In this document: piece after piece, positions 1 through 17,200 of the stretch
Numbering within the stretch: the stretch's first letter is position 1
How the letters are laid out: each line of letters opens with the position of its first letter
Notes under the pieces: model-generated
What the model was told of the DNA's origin: nothing
The model's input: only the letters and a program-made list of their open reading frames with translations
The model's database searches: none
Program-made: the position numbers and the translations under genes
Source of the DNA: Macrostomum lignano
Lineage: Eukaryota
Assembly (NCBI GenBank): GCA_002269645.1
Contig: NIVC01001710.1
Coordinates: 135,071-199,070 of the forward strand
DNA length: 64,000 nucleotides
Direction: 5' to 3'

Positions 1-807
1 TGAGAAAGCTCAGTTATTTTGCTATTAAATAAGCATTCACTAGTCACATAAATAACAATACATATATATATAATCTAATACATTCGATTAAATCCTGTAT
101 ATATTTAAAAGTACATTTATGCAATCACTGCTTAAAATGGGTCGCTTATTCGCCAAGTGCCATAAGCATGCAGAGGTGCAATGCTCAGAAACTTGATTGA
201 GTTAATTTAACATTCATTCCTTCACCCCGGACATAAAGTGCCACCAGCCAACAGCGGTGCAATTGTTGGGGAAATTGCATTCAAAACATTTAGCTAGAAA
301 TGTATGTTCAACTTCTTAAAAACAAGCCAAACAATTGGCGGTTTAAAAAAACAAACAAGCAACATTGCAGAAAGACGATAACTATACAGAATCCAACAAC
401 TGCTACTAATAGTATTATTAGTAATCAAATAAAATTAACAATAACAAGCTGAAGAGAATTGCAAATCAGAAATTTCATGTTATCTTCGTGTATCAGTTAT
501 GTGTGAGTGTCTAAATAACAGCGATAATGACAGTCAAGACAAGAGACAGAAAAGTCAGTAAGAGAAAAAAAGCAGAAATTCTGGGCAGTAGCAGCAGCAG
601 CAGCAGCATACCAAAGAGATTCTTTGCTGAGCTAAAATTGCATGTGTCAACTGTTAAAAAATATAATAAAAATGCGCCAAATTTAAACAAAAAGTAAAAG
701 ATATTGTTTGCACATTATATGAAAAAACCTGCACTGTTCTTCTACTTAAAGTAGCAACAACGACATTTTAAATGTTTTAAAATATAATTTATTAATTTGA
801 ATGTTGC

Positions 808-5656
<4,849 letters not shown>

Positions 5657-7073
5657 TTATGCTAGAACATAATCTGAGTGCTGATGTGTGATATATAGAA
5701 TCACATTGATGCAGATTATAAACTACAATGCATTGCAAAAACTTCAATTCAATAGATATTAGAATGTGGACAAAATGGGGCAAACTAAATAAAAGGTAAA
5801 ATTAGTTCTTCGACATTTTAGAATCAGAGTTTGATAAAGCATAGTATATTAAATAATCATTTATAAATAGACTTCAAGAAAATGTTCCTTTTCACATCCA
5901 GCCTTCTGTATTTTTTTAGATTTTCAAAGGTTATATTAAATCATTGAAATCATTCATTGAATGGTTGCTTAAGACAAAAAAAATCAGTTTAATACTTTAC
6001 TATGCAAAGTCTAATTACAGGATTATATTGATCAGGTTAAGTATATTAAATATTTCTTGTTTAAATAAAGAAAGAAACTATAATCTATAATAAAAGATGA
6101 TAGATTCCAATACTTTTGTGAATTTTTGTGAATTAAAATTGACACATAATTTGGGGAGGCAATCTTTGAATCCTAGGATTTGGCCTTTTTAGTCTGGGAT
6201 ATATGGGTATTAACCTCAGGGATCTCTAAATGAATATTATATGGTTTGTACAAAAGTTCTAGATTCTAAGATTTTAGTAAAAGAAAAGTTTGGGATTTCA
6301 ATTGAAGTCCCTAAGAGAAATATGCTATTTTAGTACTTATGCCTAAAGTCAAAATTGCAATAATAGCAAATAAAACTAATATTGTTTTATAATTAACTTG
6401 ATACATATAGGATTCAATACTTGGTTTTGAGTGCTTAAATGTCTAGGTCACGAGTGCACAGACAGATATTTAAACAAGAGAAACCAAGTATTGAGTAGTA
6501 TTATAACACAATATATATTTCTCGTGCATTAAATGACTCTAGCCAATATGCAATCACAAGCCATATAAAGCACACTTTTAGTGTTTAACTAGCATCTTAC
6601 AACCCCTTTGGAGGACTTTAACCAGCAGTGAAAAAACTCATTCTTGTCTGCAAGTTACTTACCATTACAATTAAGACATAGCTTTAAGATATTAATTCTT
6701 ACAGACCTTATCTTCTTTATAGAAAAAGCTTTTAAAAACCTCAAAATTCTCATAAATGATATTGTTGCATGATTTTTTTATAAGATAAATCCCCTCCAAT
6801 TGACTTTGTACCAGTTAAAAAGATTGCTACCCTCTCCCATAAGCATATGAACTTAAGGCAGAAGCATTGGCCATAAACAATAGGATTTGCATCTGCACAC
6901 CAAATTTTTATTTGTAGCTGTTATTTATTATATTATATTATAAAATAAATGCAAAACACATATGTACACAATGGTCTCAGCTTTAGTATATTTATAGATT
7001 ATAGAAGATTATATTATATATTATATCAGCAACACAAATAAAGCTCAGAAAATTCAGGACAATCGAAATCTGC

Positions 7074-7905
7074 CAGTCTTGGGCAAGTTACTCAAAAAAG
7101 TAACTTGCATTACTGTAACTTAAGTTACCAATTTTTTAAAAGTAACTTACGTTAGCCTAGTAACTTTAGACAAAAACCTGGTAACTTTTAAGTTACTGGC
7201 CATTACTCACTTCCGTTACCCATGTTATTAACTAAATTTTCTGCTTTTTTCACATTGCACATTTTTTCACATTGTTGTTACCGAAATTTGCCATTGGGAT
7301 TAATGGATTAACAGCCAGAGACAGGAATTGGCGTCACAATGTGAGGCAAGTAGAAGGACCAATGGGCAATGGCAATCAATAATTAAAATTATAAATGATA
7401 AAATAAACAAATATCAATAATTCAATAGAGTAAAATAAATAGAACTGTATAAAATGGTGTAGTGTACTGCAGTGCCAGTGGAGGGACTTGTGGAGGCTAC
7501 AGATGAATTTCTTTCTTTGGTTGTTTGTTTGAATCAAATTTGAAAATTTTTAGTAACGAAAATGAAAGGCGAAAATATTTTACCGAAATTAACAAGGTAA
7601 AACATGTTTCAAGTATTTCTTCATTAATTAAGCGCAATACCATATGATACTATTCACTTAATTTTGAATTTAGGAATGAAAAATGCAAAAACATGTGACA
7701 ACCGGCGTACTAGCTAAGCATTTGAGTTTTAAATTTAAATATTGTGATTGTTGCTAAGTAACTGTAATGGACTTCTGAAATTTCAATAACTTACTGTTAC
7801 TCCGTTACTAAAATAAAAAAGTAACTTCCGTAAGGAACACTTTTACGAAAAAGTAACTTGCGTTACCATTTGCAAGTTACTCGATAATGGAAGTGCCCAA
7901 CACTG
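7074..7905. mobile_element. Non-autonomous hAT-type DNA transposon (MITE), 832 bp
   Basis: TIRs CAGTCTTGGGCA / TGCCCAACACTG. Flanks AAATCTGC (7066-7073) and AAATCAGC (7906-7913) form an 8-bp TSD with one mismatch. Many subterminal AGTAAC/GTTACT motifs. Confidence 0.8.
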
Positions 7906-10544
7906 AAATCAGCCATGGGCTATGGGCTATATAGCCCATAATATATATGTCCAAATTACTACTCTATACTTTTTATCTGCCAATGTTCAGGAAATGAGTT
8001 GGTTCACTATACCAACTGTGCTCTTTTGCTTTCTGCGCAAAGCAGCAATTTGTTTGCGACTACTGTTTTTTCTCTTTACCTATTTCTGTCTGGGCACATT
8101 CGGAAACTTATTGCTTAGCCCTCATATAGTCAGATGTAGGTCTATCTTTAAGTGAAGTATATAATGACTCAAAGAATGTACACCAATATATACATAGGAT
8201 ATATGTATATATTCAAGTGTACAAGTGTACATATACAAGTTAGTTTGCCAGACATATACAGCACAGTATGTAGAGAGTGTAGCTTACAGGGTATAAGCTA
8301 GAGTGCAGTTTAGTACTGCAGTCTGCAATGCTATATAAGTGAATAAATGAATGATAAATTGGCAATCTTCTAGTTTGTTTGGTGATATTATTTTTGAGTT
8401 TGAAATGGTATGTCAATATAATGAAACAGCAGAAAACAATACCTACAGCTAAAAGGGATACAAAATAGAATCTGATAAGTAACAGTAATAGTTAAGGGGC
8501 AGAAAATAGAGTTACAGATAATAATGCGCTACCCAATATAGCATAGTGCCAAATGCTGCACCAGGGTATAGGCAATGCAACAGAAACTCTTCAAGATGCA
8601 GTTCAAACAGGGCATCAGATGTACTATGCATATTGTTAGTTTCTGGGTTGTTAGGTTCAACAGTTCTACCATAGGCCATATCTTGTTTGGTGGCACAATA
8701 AACTTGGTACTGCTGGTTGACCAGCCATGTTAAAGAAATTTGTGTGAATATGAGAGTGAGAGTCTAAGTGAAGTCAATGAAATTAGAATGTCTTTAATAA
8801 TGCTATTTTGCATCCTTTTTGGCCATAGACTGTTACTGTCACTGTTACTTGTCAGATTCTATTTTGCACCCCTTTTGGCCATAGTCCATAGACATCATTT
8901 TCTAGCATGTCATTACGTTGTAGCACCAATTCAAACTTGAAAATAATATTGCAAAAGAAACTGGAAGATCGCCGATAAATCAATTGGTAAAGACAAGAGA
9001 GTGAGAGCAAGAGAAAGGGAAAAGAAATGAGATACTTCCATTTTTTTAATAAGCATGCTACCCCTCCCTAGTCCTTCAGTGTGGTGGTGCATAGGTAAGT
9101 TGTAAATCTGGACAAAAGTAAGTCATACTAGATGGGTAAAATTTTGAGGTTGGGCATGTATGAGTAGCATTTTAGGTCAAAAAGTAAGTCACATAGTCAG
9201 TGTAAATCAGGGGAATTGTGTATGCATATGTGCCAGTATCTATATTTCAGGTTACACAATAGGTATGCAAAAAATTAGGACTTATATACTTATGTTATAA
9301 TATTAATAGTATTCAAATTAGGCCCTAGAAAAAAACATCAAAATTAGGCCTAACCAAATTTATATGAACAATTTAGACAAAAATAATTATTAAAAAGCTA
9401 AATATAATCTAATATTATATATATATGCTTATATATCATGTAATCATTATTGTGACTAAAAAAATCTAATGGCCAAACTAATTAGTGGGTATAATAGTCA
9501 CTATAGATGAAATACTTTGGGACAAAACATCTATGGTCAGAAAGGATTTAGGATAAAACAACTAGGCCTTAGAATTCATATTTTTTAATATAGATAAAGA
9601 CAGACAGACAGACAGAGTTTTGATTTTTATAGGTAGAGATTAACATTTATATCTAGTATAGATTAGATTCCCCCCCCCTCAAAAATGTTCTGGATCTGAG
9701 CCAGGCCTAAAATACTAGCAGAGATTGTTCATAATTCATAAAGGGCCTAGGCTTAGGCCTATTGGCCTAACCTAAGCATTGAAAAAAATACTGCAGATCT
9801 TAATTATCCATACGAGTTATAGGCCTAGACTAGGCTACACGCTAGTCTTAGATCCTACCGCCTAACCGAGGTAGCGAGCGATGGTGTGAGACTGAGAAAT
9901 TTTAGTCAATTGCCATTGATCGTGAGCGACGAGCGTCTACCTACTAACGTCTTATTGAGGACGACGACGCGCGGGTTAAGATTATGATTATGGTTTAGAG
10001 TAAAAATGGAAGTTCAGAATGAATGATAAACAACCAATTTTTTTAAGTTAGCAATAACACACATTACAATTTTAATTTTTTTGAAAGTTAAATAATATTG
10101 TTTTATTTGTTATATTAATAATAAAAACTATTTTAAATCTGCTAACTATAACTTCATTCAGCCTCGGGAATGACCCCCCAAATTTAAGTCCAGCCTTAAG
10201 CTTATTTTCTGTGGCTTAATAATGCATTTAGACTATGCTATAAAAAATTACAAAATTAGAGGAGACTGCGATCGATCATTAATTTGTGTAGCTACCAAAA
10301 TAAATTGCTCATATTACAAGAATTTTTACGGATTGCCAGGATCGGATATGTAATGTAATGAAAAAACTGTCTTACATGTATCGTCGGGTCGCCTGCCAGG
10401 TTTACATGTAGCTGAATGGGTCATGGAGGCGACGTCTCCCCGCTAATCTGAACCGAGGAGATTTATACGGGCCGCGTAGTAGCCTGCAACTACGCGGTCC
10501 TGTCAACGGTCAGAGTAGAGTAGTCGATCTTCTGGCAACTAGTA

Positions 10545-11160
10545 GCTTGTCAACGGGAGAAAAACCGAAATGATGCACATCGGCACCAGCACCGCGCCCG
10601 AGCTGAGCCTGCCGAGCGGCGAAGCGATCTCAACCTGCCAATGCAAGACTTCCGCTACCTGGGCGCGCTGATCTTGAATCCTGAAGATATCATCATGGAC
10701 CGGAAAGCACAAGCCTGGCGTGCTGCAGTCAAGATCAGCCCTATCTTCAGCTCCGCAGCGCCCGACGCCCTCAAGATCAAGTTGTTCCGCGCCACAGTCG
10801 AACCGATCCTGCTCTACGGACTGGAAGCCGTACCGGTGACTACCACCCGGGAAAACGCGCTAAAAGGCATCTACCGGGCGCTTCTCCGCTACAAACTCGA
10901 CATCCGATTCCCCGAGACCATCTCGAACCGCGATCTCGACCGGCGCACCGGCCCTCCACCTCTCAGCGTTATCCTGCGGCGGCGAAAAACCCTCGCCGGC
11001 CACGTTTCACCCACCGCGAGAACGGCTTCGACGCGGCCAAGGCCGTGCTGCCACGCTGATCCAGACTCTGACTGACGACCTCAGCGACCTTGACCTGACC
11101 CCGAGTGACACTGCTGATCTCTGCCCCTCTGAGCTGTTTCGCGAACGCGTGCGCGGATTC
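10545..11160 (+). mobile_element. 5'-truncated, frameshifted non-LTR retrotransposon (RTE/L2-like) fragment, C-terminal part of the RT ORF
   Basis: Reads ...EKTEMMHIG...[frameshift]DFRYLG...KAQAWRA...KIKLFRATVEPILLYGLEA...ISNRDL...LSVILRRRK, the usual thumb and post-RT region of LINE ORF2. Confidence 0.75.
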
Positions 11161-11754
11161 TGTAACCCAAATTCTATTCCTCTATTCTATAGTAGCCTGC
11201 AGCAAAGTCAACCATCTGTATACTTGGTATACATGTAAGTGTCTTGAACTAAATTTGTGACCGAGATGACAATTATAGGGCTTCCGTGCTACTTTCACCG
11301 ATCTGAGGCACGTACTATTTTCATAGATTCTGTATGTTTGAAAAGCTATATTTCCTACATGTATTTCATTTACTCGGAACTCGATTACTCGCCGACCAGG
11401 ACTCGTACAGTATCGTCGTTTAAAATCATTCAAAATTAATATGTATTTTTTGATATCCTCTATATCAATTCTGATACTGTACCTATGTAAAAGGCAATTG
11501 CAGAATGCTTCATATACGATAGCTTGAGGAAATATCACATTGAAAAGTTTTAAAATGTTACTTGAGAGAGTACATAATTAATGTATAAAAACGTGTAAAA
11601 GTTCTTCGCCAAGTCGAACAGCTCTTTGAGCCTTTATAGTTTACGAAGGCGTCCACGAGTAAATGTACGTTCAAGGACCACTATGACGATACGTACGTTA
11701 CGAGTAAACTCCTAGTAAAAGTTGCGTTAGGGTCTTTTATAAATTTCAATTTTA

Positions 11755-12472
11755 TCAACTGAACACAACATCTTTGTCCATCTTTTGTCGCCTGTTGCTA
11801 GCCTCGCTACGATTCTGCAGATTCGCGATCAGCTGACCAGTCTGGCTACCGACCTTGTTGCCATAGTTACCAGCCTCCGTGCTGGGCACCGTGACTGCAC
11901 ACCTGTCAGAGGTGTCCAGTAGACTTCGTTCAGTTCCCCCTTCGGAGCCATGCTTAGCTGCCGTCTTTGGTTGGCCCTGAAATTGAGGCAAACTTCTAAA
12001 ACTGTACCAGATACAAGCATGTACATGCGCCGAAATACATATGCCATGTACGCGCTGTAGAGCTAACACTTACGCGTTGATCGTAGTTGGCTAGAAATCC
12101 CCACTGCTCATCTCTACAAAAAGGAATGCATGAATTTTCATCATTGATTAATTTATGCATGCTAGTACATATGGCGTGCGCACAGCTAGCAGGCCCCAAA
12201 GCCCCCAAAGGGTAACCAAGCTCGACAAATGACAGGAGCTCAACTTTTGGGCCTCTTGGGCGCGGCATCTACCGGCCGAAGGCAAGGGTAGGGAGGCACT
12301 CACCAAGAGTCATAGGCGCCCACCATGATACCAAATGTTCGCGTCCCTAAAGCATGCTAAACTAAAGTATGCTAAAATTTTCGAATCGAACTCGCCTCTG
12401 CCGATCAAGACGCGCCTCGCGTATCAAATTTTGGCGCCAAATTTCGTCGCGCAATGCCGGATCAATCGCCAT
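11755..12472 (-). CDS. C2orf50/CIMIP5-like ciliary microtubule inner protein, 112 aa; exons 12472-12396, 12113-12074, 11976-11755
   Basis: Spliced product MAIDPALRDEIWRQNLIREARLDRQRDEQWGFLANYDQRGQPK...AVTVPSTEAGNYGNKVGSQTGQLIANLQ...RRQKMDKDVVFS. It matches the remembered C2orf50/C20orf85 pattern D(E/Q)xW...NW(S/G)FL..YD..G..K...TVPS...G. Phases sum to 339 nt; the first donor is AG|GCGAGT. Confidence 0.75.
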
Positions 12473-12478
12473 GGAAAC
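12465..12478. promoter_or_regulatory. X-box (RFX-binding) motif ATCGCCATGGAAAC overlapping the start codon of the CIMIP5-like gene
   Basis: Exact match to the nematode X-box consensus RTHNYYWTRRNRAC, at the 5' end of a predicted ciliary gene. Confidence 0.45.
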
Positions 12479-13189
12479 TGCGACGCGAGATGACCAACTC
12501 GCAACTTGAGTCTTTATAAGATTGAGTCTAGACAATGCTCCGCGGTAGTTACTGCAGTGGGAGGGCAACATGCAACTGCTTACTAGTTTTACAGTGAAGT
12601 CTGGTCGAACTAGAGGAGTGCAGCAACCAAACAGCTTTCTCTTAGCTACCGACTCCGCATCCAGTCGCATTGAAGCCACAACTGCTGTACAGGTACCCCA
12701 TCGGGGGGGGGGGGAGGATCAGGCGAATCCCAACAACAGCTCTTAAAGCTATAACGCTTCTTCCCCTCTGCCCAAAAGCAGATGTATTTAGCAGCGGAGA
12801 AGTCGCGCAGACAGCCTATTGTTCTCAAACGGAATGGATCGATATAGTCGCCTGCTCTCATCTCTAACCGCTGTCTGTCTGCATCTCTCTTACCCTCTCG
12901 TCTATCTCTCATCCCCCGAAAATGGTTTTTTTCCTATGCGACACTTAATTAAATTGGAAATGGCATTTTTCATTTGGAATTTTTTTCATTACCCCGCGGT
13001 TGGTGCGGGACTAGCTTGTAGACTGATGGAGTAAGGAGTGGGTGCAGTACCGCTGTATGGGGCCAACTATGCAATTGGGAATTATATTGCCTAATCATGG
13101 GGATTTTAGTAATTATTTTATTATATGTTTAGCCAAAAAACATCTTCATTAGACTTCCATACGGAACCTTCTCATGGATAACTATAATC

Positions 13190-13748
13190 GACTTGGCAAC
13201 CTTCCAGTCTACAATCATCCAATCGGCAACCTTCCAGTCTACAATCATCCAATCGGCAACCTTCCAGTCTACAATCCTCAACTCGGCAACCTTCCAGTCT
13301 ATAGTCATCCAATCGGCAACCTTCCAGTCTCCAGTCCTCCACTCGGCAACCTTCCAGTCTATAGTCATCCAATCGGCAACCTTACAATCTACAATCATCC
13401 AATCGGCAACCTTCCAGTTTACAATCATCCAATCGGCAACCTTCCAGTCTACAATCATCCACTCAGCAACCTTCCAATCTACAATCATCCAATCGGCAAC
13501 CTTCCAGTCTACAATTATCCACTCGGCAACCTTCCACTCTACAATCATCCACTCGGCAACCTTCCAGTCTACAGTCATCAACTCGGCAACCTTCCAGTCT
13601 ACAATCATCCACTCGGCAACCTTCCACTCTACAATCATCCACTCGGCAACCTTCCAGTCTACAGTCATCAACTCGGCAACCTTCCAGTCTACAATCATCC
13701 AATTGGCAACCTTCCTGTCTACAGTCATCAACTCGGCAACCTTCCAGT
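13190..13748. repeat. 30-bp minisatellite (GGCAACCTTCCAGTCTACAATCATCCAATC) between the divergent CIMIP5-like and CLCA genes
   Basis: About 19 tandem units; the length is a multiple of 3, which explains the repetitive ORFs 13129-13870. Confidence 0.95.
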
Positions 13749-14228
13749 AGACGAAAATATTCATCCAGAAACCAATCCACTTTCCAGCATGTACCAGGGT
13801 ACCGTCCCCATCCAAAAGATAAAAAAGAGCTCAGCCCCTGCCTGAGCAATATTCGACATAGTATAAGCATTCCGTCAGTTCAAGGCAGGATGGAATCTAA
13901 AAAATAAAAAAGTTGAGCTCACGCGGACAATAATTTCTAGATAAGCAATGATGTACACTCCTACCAGCATTGGTTTAGCAATATTCTCTATCTAGGAATG
14001 TTAAATTGCCTGCAGGAAAAATTGAAAGTCTCAGAGCCAACTACTGCTGACTTTGTACGCTTTTTGTTTTAAAAATAAAATTCTTATCAATTAAAAAGTG
14101 TTGTTGCTCAAGCTTGCAACACACTTGAGAACATTTATTATCTTTAGTAGCTGCAGATATTTGAGACCATTGGTCTGTCTGAAAATATCATGCTGCACCT
14201 GTCAGTTTGAAGTCTTCTGCTATTTCTG

Positions 14229-17200
14229 ATGAAGCTCATGAATTGTGAATTGATTTGGATTATTCTATCAGCGCTGCTGTGCTGCGGTCAGCTGGGATCA
14301 TCCGGCATTGAATTGGGATCGGACGGCCGATTCAGCGGTATTCGAGTGTCCATCGATTCTGGCGTACCTGTCAACAGGACTGCGTTAGGGAAGCTGAAGG
14401 TGAGTGAGGAATGCGATTATATGAAAATGACCGATTTAGATAATTAGGTAAATAGTATACGAAGATTAATTAGTCTGTCTAAGTTTTGTTACCGAGGTGA
14501 GGTGGGTACGTGAGATGGGCTATGTGAGGTTAGGCTAGGTTGGGTAGTGTATGTGTGATGGACTAATGGTGGTGGTGGGGTGTCCCGAAGTTGGGTGGTC
14601 TGAAGGTGCGGTGAGCTGAAGGTGCTGTGAGCTGAAGGTGCGGTGAGCTGAAGTTGGATGGTCTGAAGGTGCGGTGAGCTGAAGGTGCGGTGAGCTGAAG
14701 GTGCGGTGAGCTGAAGGTGCTGTGAGCTGAAGGTGCTGTGAGCTGAAGGTGCGGTGAGCTGAAGGTGCTGTGAGATGAAGGTGCGGTGAGCTGAAGGTGC
14801 GGTGAGCTGAAGGTGCTGTGAGATGAAGGTGCGGTGAGCTGAAGGTGCGGTGAGCTGAAGGTGCGGTGAGATGAAGGTGCGGTGGTCTGAAGGTGCGGTG
14901 AGCTGAAGGTGCTGTGAGCTGAAGGTGCGGTGAGCTGAAGGTGCTGTGAGCTGAAGGTGCGGTGAGCTGAAGGTGCGGTGAGCTGAAGGTGCGGTGAGCT
15001 GAAGGTGCGGTGAGCTGAAGTTGGATGGTCTGAAGGTGCGGTGAGCTGAAGGTGCGGTGAGCTGAAGGTGCGGTGAGCTGAAGGTGCTGTGAGCTGAAGG
15101 TGCGGTGAGCTGAAGGTGCGGTGAGCTGAAGGTGCAGTGAGCTGAAGGTGCGGTGAGCTGAAGGTGCAGTGAGCTGAAGGTGCGGTGAGCTGAAGGTGCG
15201 GTGAGCTGAAGGTGCGGTGAGCTGAAGGTGCGGTGAGCTGAAGTTGCTGTGAGCTGAAGGTGCGGTAAGCTGAAGTTGGATGGTCTGAAGGTGCAGTGAG
15301 CTGAAGGTGCGGTAAGCTGAAGTTGGATGGTCTGAAGGTGCTGTGAGCTGAAGGTGCAGTGAGCTGAAGGTGCGGTGAGCTGAAGGTGCGGTGAGCTGAA
15401 GGTGCGGTGAGCTGAAGGTGCTGTGAGCTGAAGGTGCGGTGAGCTGAAGGTGCGGTGAGCTGAAGGTGCAGTGAGCTGAAGGTGCGGTGAGCTGAAGGTG
15501 CAGTGAGCTGAAGGTGCGGTGAGCTGAAGGTGCGGTGAGCTGAAGGTGCGGTGAGCTGAAGGTGCGGTGAGCTGAAGTTGCTGTGAGCTGAAGGTGCGGT
15601 AAGCTGAAGTTGGATGGTCTGAAGGTGCTGTGAGCTGAAGGTGCAGTGAGCTGAAGGTGCAGTGAGCTGAAGGTGCAGTGAGCTGAAGGTGCAGTGAGCT
15701 GAAGGTGCGACGGGCTGTGCACTGAATAACAGAATCCCAATAAAAATTGTTCCAGGCAGCATTTCAGCTGGCTTCGGAACTCTTGGCCGTGGCCACGAAG
15801 CCCGTAATGAACGGCAGGAAGTCTTACGCGTTCGGCTCGGTGAAATTTCTGCTTCCGGACAGCTGGAGCAGCGCCGGATTGCCGAGTCGCTTTGGAACCA
15901 GTGGCAGGCAGGACGAGTTGGCGCACTTCCGGGTGCACAACGCACAGGATGGGAGCCAGGAGCCGTGGACGCCTCAGCCGTTGGGCTGCGGGAGGCCCGG
16001 CCTGTTCACCCTGCTGCCCTGGCCGGCTGTGACTGCGCTGGACAAGGAGACTCGTGAGTGGCGAGACTTGCTCTCGATCTCGTACACCTCAATCGAATCT
16101 CAGGACTCAGTCTCATCTTTGAGCTGTCAATCTCACCTTAGGACTCGATCTCACGTTAGGACTCGATCTCTCACTTTAAGAACTCAATCTCACCTTAGGA
16201 CTCGATCTCACCTTAGGACTCAATCTCACCTTAGGACTCGATCTCACCTTAGGACTCAATCTCACCTTAGGACTCGATCTCTCACCTTAAGGACTCCATC
16301 TCACCTTAGGACCCAGTCTTACCTTAGGACTCCAAGTCTCATCTTTGAGCTCTCAATCTCACCTTAGGACTCCATCGCACCGTAGGACTCAATCTCACCT
16401 TCGGACTCGATCTCCCCTCAGGACTCAATCTCACCTTAGGACTCGATCTCCCCTCAGGACTCAATCTCACCTTAGGACTCGATCTCACCTTAGGACTCAA
16501 TCTCACCTTAGGACTCGATCTCACCTTAGGACTCAATCTCACCTTAGGACTCGATCTCTCACCTTAAGGACTCCATCTCACCTTAGGACCCAGTCTTACC
16601 TTAGGACTCCAAGTCTCATCTTTGAGCTCTCAATCTCACCTTAGGACTCCATCGCACCGTAGGACTCAATCTCACCTTCGGACTCGATCTCCCCTCAGGA
16701 CTCAATCTCACCTTAGGACTCGATCTCACCTTGGGACTCAATTTCTGAGTGTCTGCCACAGCGAGCTACAGGGAAGCGGGTTTTCTTTTGTTTCAGTCAG
16801 CCGCGTCATCCTGCGCGAGTTCAGCCGGCTCCGCTGGGGCGCATTCGCCGAGTTCAACGGGCACGCCGGGCCGCACGGCTACGTGAGCGGCAACCGGCTT
16901 CACCCGGTGCGCTGCTCGGCCGCCCTGAGCGGCATATTCGCTCACAACGAGACCTACGGCAGGTGCAAAATCGACCGGGAGACGCTGACTTTGGAGCCTA
17001 ACTGTAGATTCTTTCTATACCCCGATCAGCCCACAGCCGAGGCGTCGCTTATGTACACCGTCTACATTGGCGCGGTGCGGCACTTCTGCGCCAGCGTCAG
17101 CCAAAGCGGCCTGGCGCACAACCCGGACGCGCCGAACCCGCACTACCGGCACTGCCCGGCCGGAGCCAGCGTGCGAGACGTGCTAGCGGGCCACGAAGAC

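Noticed and set aside
9800-9980. CpG-rich patch as a candidate JNK promoter or 5' UTR exon
   Set aside because: Plausible, since an acceptor precedes the JNK ATG, but no donor or TSS could be fixed from the sequence alone.
12646-12912. Cys- and Pro-containing ORF resembling a Helitron N-terminal zinc finger
   Set aside because: The Pro run comes from a G homopolymer, no Rep or helicase motifs follow, and the adjacent segments are explained by the CIMIP5-like gene.
13129-13870. Repetitive ORFs in five frames (VDWKVAEWMI, YNHPIGNLPV and others)
   Set aside because: A 30-bp satellite open in most frames; no codon bias and no splice support.
14535-15945. 467- and 460-aa minus-strand ORFs
   Set aside because: Antisense translation of the 16-bp intronic satellite of CLCA.
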